Notes under the pieces: model-generated
What the model was told of the DNA's origin: nothing
The model's database searches: none
The model's input: only the letters and a program-made list of their open reading frames with translations
Made by a program: the position numbers and the translations under genes
In this document: positions 29,349 to 40,329 of the stretch, one piece after another
Numbering within the stretch: position 1 is the stretch's first letter
Layout: every line of letters starts with the position of its first letter
Origin: Octopus sinensis
Lineage: Eukaryota
Assembly: GCF_006345805.1 (NCBI RefSeq)
Contig: NC_043006.1
Location: 101,308,001-101,372,000 of the forward strand
Length of the DNA: 64,000 nucleotides
Direction of reading: 5' to 3'

Positions 29349-29661
29349 GAGTGGTGACTGAAAGAAAGGTGGCGTTCCTTTTATTGTTTTTAAGTGTTTA
29401 TCAGTATTTTCAGAGTAAACTGATGCATACATCGAAAGAAAAGTAGATACAAACATACATAGATATATAAACACATTGTTAAATTAAAAGCGGGAGAGTG
29501 GAGGGACAGAGAGGAAGTAAGACAGAGAGTGAGAGAAACAGTGAGTGATGACTGAGAGGAAGGTGGCGTTCTTTATTTTGTTTTTAAATGTTTATCAGTA
29601 TTTTCAAAATAGATTGATAAACGCATTGAAAGAAAAGTAGATACATAGACACATTGTTAAA
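29349..29661. repeat. Diverged tandem duplication, ~194-bp period
   Basis: gagtg.tgactga..aaggtggcgtt..tgtttatcagtattttca..gaaagaaaagtagataca..acacattgttaaat occurs twice. Confidence 0.75.
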
Positions 29662-29699
29662 TCGAAGACAAATAACTACAGCAAATATTGGATGTCACT

Positions 29700-29942
29700 T
29701 CCACTTTTTATTACCACACGAGGATAAAATTAACGTGCAACTGGTTGAGTACTCCACAGACATGCATACCATTAATGTAGTTCTCACACAGAATGTGACA
29801 AGGCTGGCCCCTTTAAAATACGGGCACTACTCATTTTTGCCAGTTGAGCAGACAGCAGCAAGGTGAAATAGAGTGCTTTGCTCAAGAACACAGCGCGCCG
29901 CTGGGAATCGTACTCCTAACCTTACGATTGTGGGCTCACGCA
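29700..29942 (-). mobile_element. tRNA-derived SINE sharing its tail with family C
   Basis: Minus strand: degenerate B box then CTTGAGCAAAGCAC..GCCTTGTCACATTCTGTGT..GCACGTTAATTT, like family C. Confidence 0.65.
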
Positions 29943-30530
29943 CCTTTACTCTCTTGACCGTAGAGAAAAAGAGTGAAACGACAAGGAACGGAAAGCCTCA
30001 GTCATTTAAAATGACAATTAGACTGAAACACGATCGATTTTTTTCTAGCTCCTTAATAATGAAGATGTTTGGGTTTTCATTCTGGGAGTTCTAGAAGGAT
30101 TGAGTATTAGTTCTCTCTTCTTTCCCCCACCCCCAGTACTTATTCGCCTTGTTTGATAGTTCTTTATGTCTTTTAGTCGGGGGAAAAGACCATGTGTTTT
30201 TTCTAGGCACGTTTAATGCTTTTCTCTACAAACAAGCCCCCCTCCTTTTTTTCTTCATACAAAAACTAATGCAACTCAGAAAAATGGGTGGGGGAGAAAA
30301 GTTGCCAACAGGTGGCTACACGAAATTCACCTTTATACTTTATAGTGTCTTCTAAAGCCTTGGTAGACGGAAACTGAAAGAAGCCCGTCGTATATATATA
30401 TATCTTAGCGGTTCGGCAGAAGTGACCGATAGAAAAAGCACCAGGCTTACAATGAATAAGTCCAGGGTTAGATTTCTTCAAAAGGCCGGTACCACTAAAT
30501 CAATTATGTTTACGTAACTGAGATATTTTG

Positions 30531-30935
30531 TTTACATTATTTACATTCAACGGATATTTGTTCTCCCTGGGTATTTTTCGATGTTATCACTGCTTGGAAT
30601 CGAACTCGGAATCTTGGGATTAGTAGGCCGCGCTCTTAACCACTACGCCATATACTCGCAATTATGGAGTGAATTTTAGGGCTTATAAATCTAATATTTT
30701 TCTATCCTTCCTTAATACCGGTTCCCATAATACTACTAATAATAATAATAACAACAATAATAATAACATCGAAAAATACCTTAGGAATGAGAACCCAGGT
30801 TCGAAATTTCCCTACTACACCTGAAGAAGGCTGGAGGGTATATCAGCCAAAACGTTGTGTTAACAACAAATAAGATGAGGACAAATATCCGTCGAATGTA
30901 AATAATGTAAATAATTACTCATCTCTTAAATATAG
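30531..30935. mobile_element. Inverted composite insertion of a tRNA-headed, hammerhead-bearing element
   Basis: 15-bp direct repeat AACTGAGATATTTTG at 30516-30530 and 30936-30950. The minus arm has A box TGGCGTAGTGG and B box GTTCGATTCC. Both arms share ATAACATCGAAAAATACC and ACAAATATCCGT.GAATGTAAATAATGTAAA. Confidence 0.8.
30817..30860 (+). ncRNA. Minimal type I hammerhead, this copy with G12>A
   Basis: ACAC-CTGAAGA-A-GGCTG(10 nt)CAGCC-AAAA-CGTT-GTGT. The copy on the minus strand at ~44388-44429 retains GAAAC. Confidence 0.7.
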
Positions 30936-31357
30936 AACTGAGATATTTTGGCTGGATTATATAGTTATCGGTTTTATACTTTCTGTATTCTGTGTCACAA
31001 TATAGAAAGATTTCTCACGGCACCAGCACACAATTTACAGATGCTTACATATTTTTATATTTTCCGTGAAGTTTTCACGGGTCTAGCTAGTCATCCCTCG
31101 CGATATCGCGGTTTATTATTTAAGTTTTCGTCGATTCCTCTGTGTTGTTTTGCTTTTATAATAAAATAAATATATACAAATTGTAAAATTAAAAAAAAAA
31201 AGTACAGTACAGGTTTTGGAACGTAACACCTGCAATAGTCGAGGGATTACGGTATTTGACGAGTTATTTGATTTTGATTTGTTTCAGTCGTTCTGACTGT
31301 GGCCATGTTGGACCACCGCCTTTAGTCGAATATATATATATATATACACACACACGA

Positions 31358-31398
<41 letters not shown>

Positions 31399-31610
31399 TC
31401 AATATAGGGTGGCAAAGAAAAATTTTGTAGAATTTTTTTGCCACCAGCGCCTAGTGGGAAAAAATTAAATAGTCATAGACCATTTTAAGTTCAACATCAA
31501 CAATCAAGGACGGCCATAATAGGCCATTCACCCACTAGAAATAACTGCCAAGCTTCAACCGCAAATAAAAATTAATTCCGTAAACAGGAGAAAATTTAAA
31601 AAACATTTAC

Positions 31611-31731
31611 CCTGTAATTTCTTATACGATGCACCGTTCATCTGCTGTTTAATGGTAAACTAACTTGATTAAATTAAATCAGGCCAATCTTCCATAGGCC
31701 CTCAGATTCTTCAGTAAGAAATAGCCACAAG
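31611..31731 (-). ncRNA. Inverted second copy of the 32116-32237 hammerhead (GAAA reduced to GAA)
   Basis: Reverse complement of the + copy, with a 1-nt deletion in GAAA. Confidence 0.6.
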
Positions 31732-32115
31732 TCGGAACATATTTTCACGAGGCATTTCCGACCCTTCCTGTTTACGGAATTAATTTTTATTTGCGGTTGA
31801 AGCTTTGGCTGTTATTTCTAGTGGGTGAATGGCCTATTATGGCCGTTCCTTGATTGTTGATGTTGAACTTAAAAATGGTCTATGACTATTTAATTTTTTC
31901 CCACTAGGCCGCTGGTGGCAAAAAAATTCTACAAAATTTTTCTTTGCCACCCTATATTGATTAATTATGAATTTTCTGGTTAATTCCGTAATGGAATCGA
32001 CGGCTTATATTTATTTGCTGCCGATAAATTTGGCGCGAGTGCGATGATTTGAAAATTTTAGGTCAGATATCACCTTGGCAGGGTCGGAAATGCCTCGTGA
32101 AAATATCTGTTCCGA

Positions 32116-32237
32116 CTTGTGGCTATTTCTTACTGAAGAATCTGAGGGCCTATGGAAGATTGGCCTGATTTAATTTAATCAAGTTAGTTTACCATTAAAC
32201 AGCAGATGAAACGGTGCATCGTATAAGAAATTACAGG
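32116..32237 (+). ncRNA. Type I hammerhead ribozyme with intact core and a 58-nt insertion in stem II
   Basis: Stem I ATTTCTTA/TAAGAAAT, CTGAAGA, stem II ATCTG/CAGAT, GAAA, stem III ACGGT-GC-ATCGT, GTA cleavage triplet (predicted cut 32223/32224). Confidence 0.82.
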
Positions 32238-32350
32238 GTAAATGTTTTTTAAATTTTCTCCTGTTTACGGAATTAATTTTTATTTGCGGTTGAAGCTTTG
32301 GCTGTTATTTCTAGTGGGTGAATGGCCTATTATGGCCGTTCCTTGATTGT

Positions 32351-32386
<36 letters not shown>

Positions 32387-34692
32387 GACGGACTTCTTTC
32401 AGTTTCTGTCTACCAAATCCACTCACAAGGCTTTGGTCGGCCCAAGGTGCCATGCAGTGGGACTAAACTCGGAACTTAGCACACAGCCACTCCTGGTAGT
32501 TTTTGTGCATTTGTTTTTAGTCAAGACCACGAGTTCTTGGAACCGAAAAGATCCAACATTTTGCGTATTGTAGAAGTATAACCAATTTATTGCAGAAAAA
32601 AATTAACAAAGTCTTATATTGACCCCCTAAGAGCTATGTAGATCTTGGTTGAGAACCACTGTATTTAAGCGACATAAGTGACTCGAAGTCCGAGTTTTGA
32701 CGTTTTGCCTGAAGCTGATGGTTTTAAATTTCGAATTTTATGAGGCTCAACATTCCAAAGGACATCTGCACCCAACATCATTAATGTCTCAAATCAAAAA
32801 ATGTTCAGAAATGAAAGTTGCGGAGTATTGTCAGTCATTCTCTTACGTTGCTTAAATGAAAAGATATATTGTGTTCTCTTACTTTTTTTTTTGTTATTAA
32901 GTCTTGGTTAGAACAAAAAACAAATCTATGTACTTGTATGCATCTACATTGTCATGAGTAACAGGCCACTTATGTTGACAAGCAAATGCGTTGATTATTA
33001 ATTCTCATTTTAATGATTATTAATTATAATGAAACACAAATCTATTGTTACAATGTTTAGGACACGTAACGTTCTCGAGTGGTGCTTTAAGAATTGAAAG
33101 GGAATGAGAACGGGTTGTCATGCATAATAAAAAAAGATTTAAACTTGTCCAGTACGGTAGTGAAATTTGTGGAGAGTGGGGCAGACAATTTAGGTAATAT
33201 TTTGGGGATCATTTGGTGCTGACTATTCTAGAACGAATCAGGGAAATTCCTTTTTGTACCTGCGACCAATTGTGAATTCTAAGAAAAAAAAATGGGTGAA
33301 GACGCGTTTCTGTTGAGACAAATATCCTTAATTTTACATAGTTTGTAACTTGAGCCAAATTTTCTTCATCCCTTCTCTTGCAAGCTATGGGGAAACTTAG
33401 GGCGGAGAAATGTCTAATGGCCGAAATTTACAAGTATGACTCAAAAAAATTTATTACATCGAAATGGAAAGATCTTAAGGTCCTAGCGCATTTCAAAGGC
33501 TGCTACAACGAAGATATATAAATGGAAAACGGTTCACACTGGTTCTTCAAGGACAGACGTAATTGTGTGTGTGCTATTTATTCGCTCTTTTTCTCTCATT
33601 GCGTTTTCTTTATTCATTTCTCACGGGTAGTGGAAATGTATTTAAACCTTGCGTCCGTCCATGTTACATCTCCAAATCTATATAATCTTGTTTCACACTA
33701 ATTATAATGTCTATACCTCCTATTTTGACGCTGATCATCTACTTTTATCAAGTCATTAGCGACCAGTCTTTTTTGATTATACATTCAACTTGTTCATTTC
33801 CAGTTGCAACAAACAATTTCATATCAATGCACAAGTTTCATTGCCATAGTAAATGTAATTTCTCACACAAGCCTCATCTGATTTCGAGCCACAATGCTAT
33901 TACTAACTTTATCTTGGTTGTCTATTAAATCATATATTTAACTTCAGTTGTCTTTTACTTAAAACAAGCCATCAGAGCAGTCTATTACCGTCTATTTTCC
34001 TTTAAATTCACTCTTGTTGTTAGCTGTTCCATCGCATTTGTACGTAAACTAAAACGTTCATTTCCTGTTAGATTATCAGACCCTTCAGCACATTGTGTGC
34101 CCATTATTGTGCAATGATAACATCGTATTTAGTTTTTGATTACTTCCTTCCTACAATGCCTCAGGACCACTTACGTTGGTAGTCTTTTCCTAGCTCATGC
34201 TTCTACTAAATCGTAGTTTAATCACAAATAAAGCTTGTTACATTCAGGACATTTTTGCCTAAAGCTCATGGTTTTAAGTTTCGAATTTTCTGAAGTTCAA
34301 CATTCCAAATCTCCAAAGGGCATCCACACTCAACATCATTAATGATTATCTCAAAAAAAAAAAAGAAAGAAAACGTTTATAAATAAAACGTTGGTGAGCA
34401 GTGTCAGTTCGTTCTTAGTTAAAAACTTTAGTTTCAGAACTACTACGCTCATGCTCTTATGTATACCCCACCCCAAACTATCAAAAATATCTGGGTCAGC
34501 AAACGTTACAGACACTGGCTATTCTTTCTTTCTTTCTTTTTTGCAGTTATCGTATATTAATCGATTATCTCAACAGTACTACACAATCGGTACTTGAGGT
34601 TATCGATTCAAAGTAGAATGAAAAATATAGCTGGAATTAAGTTTTCTTAACGTTTCAGAATATGTTTATGCACATACAGCATTAGTATTTTG

Positions 34693-34906
34693 GGCGATCT
34701 TTCGGTACAAGTACCATAACTGCCAAGTCTGTTTGTTTACATTTGAAGAAGATCGTCACTTTCCGTGAAGTTTTTTTTAATTTATATATGTGGGGTTAGG
34801 GTTAGGGTTAAGGTTAGGGAAAAGGGTTTCTTTTATCTTCAGATATGTAAACAAACCCACGTGGGTTTATAATTGGCAGTTATGGTACTTGTACCGAAAG
34901 ATCGCC
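34693..34906. mobile_element. MITE with 34-bp TIR, 8-bp TSD and internal TTAGGG-like repeats
   Basis: TIR GGCGATCTTTCGGTACAAGTACCATAACTGCCAA perfect at both ends; TSD GTATTTTG (34685-92 / 34907-14); GGGTTAGGGTTAGGGTTAAGGTTAGGG inside. Confidence 0.9.
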
Positions 34907-35555
34907 GTATTTTGTATTGCTGTCTTAAAACCTCTCAGTTGATATTTTGCGATCTTTCGAACTTTGTACGTATAAGATTGCACACAAAGTGAAATGAACT
35001 GAACTGACTCAAAACGAAAGGTACACGATCGTTAATCGGCAATAATTATAAAATCCGATTTTATGTAAAATGCGTTTGGTTTTATCTTAATTCGTAAATT
35101 GAAATCTTATAAATAATGCGGGAGAGTTAATATCTAATGCATTTGTTGAATATCCTAACGACGTTCTGTTTGTGTGGGTGACGTCTGGTAAACTCTGGCA
35201 AGATTCTTTAGGTGCCATGCATGGCAAATGTTATTTATATTTTACCTGACTCCATGCCACTTCTATTGTATTTGTATATGCTGTTGGCTTGCTAGGCTCT
35301 GTGAAAGGGAATTGACAGAGATGTTAGACTTAATGCTTCGAGTTATTTGTTCCGGATATGCAACCTGCGTTCATATCCTTCCGAGGTCAATTTTACATTC
35401 ATTTTTCTTTCTTCTTTTTCAAATACTAATTAAAGTGATGGATTGGTGGAACTGTATGAACCTTGGACTGGATACCCTGCTGTATTGGTTCCGGCTCTTT
35501 GCGCTTGTCCAATTAAACATCACCATCTTTGTTTGGTGCATATAGCGGTCTAGGT

Positions 35556-35925
35556 TTTCCAGTTTGAGAATACCTTCGTTCCTCTCTCCCACTTGTCTTG
35601 GCAGTGCTGTAACGGGTCATGGGCACTGTCTTTCTCGAGTAAAAGAGTACAGAAGATAACGGGTACTATGTAGAGATGCTTCATGTGAGCAATTTTGCAT
35701 CGATTGCACCTTTTAAATCTTGTCCTTAACATCCTCTCTTCTCACTCTAAAGCAGGGGTCTCCAAAGTGGTCGATAAATGCACATCTCCTTAATTCTTAT
35801 ATATTTTCTTGTACATGTTTGGGGGTCGATGAGGGACAAGGATTCCATGAAGGAGTCGATGGTCTAAAAAGTATGGGGACATTTGCTCTAAACCCTGTAT
35901 CAACTCTTCATTTCTCTCAGTGTCA
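35556..35925. repeat. Local duplication, copy 1 (copy 2 at 36884-37272)
   Basis: ~370-390 bp with high identity, 1.33 kb apart; both copies include the same hAT MITE. Confidence 0.9.
35753..35885. mobile_element. hAT-type MITE, 133 bp (duplicate at 37081-37213)
   Basis: CAGGGGTCTCCAAA..TGGGGACATTTG with an imperfect TIR; 8-bp TSD CTCTAAAG/CTCTAAAC. Confidence 0.75.
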
Positions 35926-36883
35926 AACTAACACGCATGCACGTACGAACAAACTCAGTGCCTTTAACTACGTATTTGTTTATCTCTCACTTTGCCCGCC
36001 ATCTTACACAAATTCGAAAGATCGCCAGACGTTTTATTGTGAATGATCGTTTTTTATTTGAGAGATTGAGATAATCAGATGGACGGCTGGATGGAATTTT
36101 CTTTAATAATAGTATAATAATAATATGGATGGCTAGTTGATTGTCTATCGTGACCGACAAATTTAGCTCAGATTTATCTCATTTTACAGCAGGAGATGTG
36201 TGGTATGAATTTTCCTCCAAGTCGGCAATATTTCTTTTTTTTCTAAGAGACACTTATCAATCGTAGTGCTTTGTCCGTCTTTGTCTATCTTTCATTTTCT
36301 TTTGATTGTGAAAGTGTCTCCTTTTGCTTAGCTTAGCGAACATTTTTCGTTACCTAAAACTTACTCTTGTACATACACACACACACCCACTCACAACACT
36401 TTGAGCCGATTTTTTTCCTGCTTTACTGATACAGAAACATCACTTTCTCATTTTCGTTTCGCTTTTTCAAAATTTCCTTTTAATTTACTTCTTTATTTGT
36501 GAGGTAGACACCACTTACTACTCTAATGCTTAATTTAGGATTATTACTTTTTCTTTAATAAGTAGTTGCTTTCTCTGGAAATGAAAATTAATATCAGCTT
36601 CAAAAAATGAAAGGATTTAACAGAAACTGAAACAGTTTCATATAAACAAGGCAACTGTTAGTTTCTTTTTTGATTTTTCTTCTTCATATCAGAATTTGTA
36701 AAGAAAAAAATCAGAATTTGTATAATCGTTGGTCTGCGGTAGCTTTAAAAAACACGCCATACTTACGTAAATAACATCATGGAAAAAGCTCTATTACTTG
36801 AGATGGAAAATATAACTCAATATTACTACAGCCAATGTGACAGAGAAGTACTCAACATATAAAGTGAAGTTCTATATATTTGA

Positions 36884-37272
36884 TTTCCAGTTTGAGAATA
36901 CCTTCGTTCCTCTCTCCCACTTGTCTTGGCAGTGCTGTAACGGGTCATGGGCACTGTCTTTCCCGAGTAAAAGACTACAGAAGATAACGGGTACTATGTA
37001 GAGATGCTTCATGTGAGCATTTTTGCATCGATTGCACCTTATAAATCTTGACCGTAACATCCTCTCTTCTCACTCTAAAGCAGGGGTCTCCAAAGTGGTC
37101 GATAAATGCACATCTTCTTAATTCTTATTTATTTTCTTGTACATGTTTGGGGGTCGATGAGGGACAAGGATTCCATGAAGGGGTCGATGGTCTAAAAAGT
37201 TTGGGGACATTTGCTCTAAACACTGTTGTCCGAAACATCCTTTTTATCAACTCTTCATTTCTCTCAGTGTCA
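36884..37272. repeat. Local duplication, copy 2
   Basis: Aligns to 35556-35925. Confidence 0.9.
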
Positions 37273-37492
37273 CTTTGGTTTTACGATTCCGCTAGCTTGG
37301 TTACGATCAATGCCTTGTGAATGAATGTAGTTGGCAGAAACTGTGTTGAAGGCCGTTTGTGTGTTTGTATTATAATGATAAAAAATATATAAGGGAGGTA
37401 GACGTAGAGAACGTGTCTTAGCCGATACAATAAGGTATATTTATGAGCAACGTTACGTGTGGTAACACCGAAGGTTTTAATATATATAAATA

Positions 37493-37636
37493 CTAGCAGT
37501 ATCGCCCGGCGTTGCTCGGGTTTGTAAGGGAAATAACTATATAAGCATTTATAGAGAGTTACTTCCCTTATATAAACCGAGCGAAAATGCATTAAAAATT
37601 CGGAAAAATTATGGAAATTTTTTTCTAAATCGTAGA
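37493..37636 (-). mobile_element. Non-autonomous Helitron, 3' part only (copy 2)
   Basis: Same CTAG end and hairpin as 5681 and 45654; similarity stops near 37636. Confidence 0.8.
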
Positions 37637-39285
37637 AAAATCTATTCCGTTTCGTACCGGAGATAGGCATAGTGGACTTTTGGGGGCGTACATCTCCGAC
37701 AAGTTTTCCCCTATAATCATAATAATAACGGGTGTGTGTGTGTGTGTGAGGGGCTTCGCACTTGTGTTTGTTTCTCATCATCGTTTGACAAACGAAGCTG
37801 GTTTGTTTGCACCCTCGTAAACTAACGAATTAGCAGAGGTTGATTGAATAAATATCAGATTGGGGTGAGGTGGGGTCGGAAAAGCTTTGTGTTTGGTTTG
37901 ATAGAACTATAATCAGTATTTCCCAAAGCGGGTGGTAGACAATTTTATTTCAGTCCTGGTGTGAAAGAGGTGGTGCGGGGAGTGATAGATTTTTTTGTGT
38001 GTGTTTAGTCTCTGTTTCCTATCTAAATATTAACTTTAAAAAAAAAAAAAGTTAAGTATAATATTATAATAAACCGTTTGTTAGCCATAACATAACGACT
38101 GCGAACATCAACAATGATAATAGACTTCGAAATATGAATAAGTAAATAAATTTTATTTTGTGTACTTTTTTGAAACTAGTTATTTCGAAATCGGTGAGGT
38201 ACAACAGCTATGATGTTAAGATCAAAAGGAATTTACCAACAAAATTGTTCAACTGAAAAAAGAAAAAAAATATTCTATGAAAGTTTTAATTACCCTCATT
38301 TTCAAAAATATTTCCAATTATTATTCTGTGTGCGAATTATCTTGCAATATTGATGATCTAAATGAACCCCACCGAAGTCGACTTTGCCTTTCATCCTTTC
38401 GTAGTCGATAAAATAAGTAGCAGTTGAACACTGGTGGAGTCAGCGTAACCGACTTATCCCTTCCACCGAAATTGCTGGCCTTGTCCCAAAATTTACAAAC
38501 AATATTATTTAAATGTTTTGACGTTCTGTATTATATTGATAGAATGGCTGTGCAAGCATCCTTTAATGGCAATCAAGGTGTAATATTTTGTGGTGTATTT
38601 TAGTTTTGATGGGTCGTTGCAAGAAGGCATAGAAAAAGTGTTTGTAAAAGATGAAGGATGGTGGTTAAAACAATGTTTGAAAAACATATATACATAAAAT
38701 TCTTTGGCAGTTTCAAATTTTTACTATTCCAGCTCTATATGTAAGAGAGAATTTTTTCTCATATTCGTAATAGAATTAATCTGTGAAGACTGCATTCTTT
38801 ATCGTTGTCAATCAAAAAGTTTATTATAATTGTTTATCATTAAAAAATCTATATTTATTGTTATTTTAGCTTCGTTTTATGTAAATACTTCTGTATGTTC
38901 AAATAAACTTTTATGGCTGACTTTCGGACTATGGTTCATGCTATAACTGGAGATTGGCGGCAAAACGTATACCCAGAATTTCAGAATCGCGTCACACGTA
39001 ATTTCCAGAAAAAATTTACTTTAAAATTTAATAAACTCATTCGTTTTTCTTTTTCATTGCTGAATCCTACCTTATAATAGAACTAAAGTATATAAAGTTC
39101 GAAAATTGTATATTAACTTAATAATGATCTTCTGTTATTAGAAGAGGATAACGTCTAGGTGACGACAAGGGGGAAGATATCTATCACACACACACGCACT
39201 TATACCTGAACAAGTAAAAGAAAAGCGGATAGAGTATATATATATATATTCTGTCCTCCCTTCTCGGGATCTTTCCTTCTCCTAT

Positions 39286-39320
39286 GTTTCCGACGAAGAG
39301 CTCCGCTCGAAACGTTAAAC
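39286..39320 (+). ncRNA. Minimal type I hammerhead-like motif with CCGACGA core (host repeat ~39250-39420)
   Basis: GTTT-CCGACGA-A-GAGC(tcc)GCTC-GAAA-CGTT-AAAC; identical to 9602-9636 (minus). Confidence 0.65.
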
Positions 39321-39926
39321 CCTCCTTCTTCCCTTCTTTCTTGAGCGTCCAATTATACTTTATTTGTTCCACGTCCTCGCGTTTTTTGTTTTTTTTTTGT
39401 GTTTTCTTGTTTGGATTAACTTTATATATATTAATCACTCAAGTGGACTTTACTCCGAGTTTCATAGGCGCGAAAAAACACTTTCTGATAAATCTTGTAT
39501 ACGCTCACCTACCAACACATATACATCACGCGCAAATATATAGACAGACACAGACCTACCTACCTACCTATCTATCTATCTATCTAGCAAGGATGGCACG
39601 AATGAATGACGAAGCCACCTTGAGCATGATCCTATGAACCGTAAAAATATTTAATACAGAGAGTTACTTATTTGTAAATAAATGTTAATATGTGACGTAA
39701 TTGCCCGAGGTTACTGTGGTCTTTTCGTAGGTTATTCTTTCCACAGATAAACCTCTCCATTTCTTGGGAACTTTTAGATCTCTTTCGACATTTTTTGCAT
39801 ATATTCTCAACGATTTCGATCCATTTCGATCGTTGTCCCTTTTTTGTTTCTCCGCCCCCCTCGAAAAGAAAAACTCTACATTGTAATTATCCCCTCTGTG
39901 TTTAGCCCTGTGTGGCCAATAAAGAA

Positions 39927-39972
<46 letters not shown>

Positions 39973-40041
39973 GCTTTGTCTATCTATCTATCTGTCTGTC
40001 TGTTTGTCCATCCATCCATCCATCCATCCATACATACATAA

Positions 40042-40074
<33 letters not shown>

Positions 40075-40329
40075 TACCGACATACTTATACGTGGACGCA
40101 CACATACATAGAAACATGTCTCCCACTCTCTATTTCTTTACCCCTCCCTCCCTCCCTGTGTGTGTGTGTGTGTCTCCTTTCTCCCTCTCTCTCTCTGTCT
40201 CTCTATATCCACATACATGCCTCCTTCCCCCTCTCTCTATATCCACATATATTCCTCCTTCCCTCCTCTCTCTATATCTACACATATGCCTCCCGCCCCC
40301 ACTCTCGCCCATTTCTTCCTCCTTTAAAA

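Larger units (their letters stand above)
31391..32354. mobile_element. 493-bp-unit HHR retroelement (retrozyme or Penelope pLTR-like) with 96-bp terminal redundancy and an inverted 5' copy
   Basis: 31766-31861 is identical to 32259-32354. 31391-31765 is the reverse complement of unit sequence (32080-32354 continued by 31862-31968). Sits in the (TA)n tract between the two halves of a family A SINE. Confidence 0.8.

Noticed and set aside
30590-30657. tRNA gene
   Set aside because: A and B boxes are present, but I could not build an acceptor stem and found no terminator; it is the head of a repeat.
33990-34126. IRCYHC.. Ly6/three-finger-like start on the minus strand
   Set aside because: Preceded by an in-frame stop with no usable acceptor, and the further cysteines are missing.
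35228-35545. Plus-strand ORF with an insulin-B-chain-like LCERELTEML..C stretch
   Set aside because: Cys spacing does not fit, and no signal peptide or A chain is linked; the alternative spliced reading needs a 50-nt intron with a weak donor.
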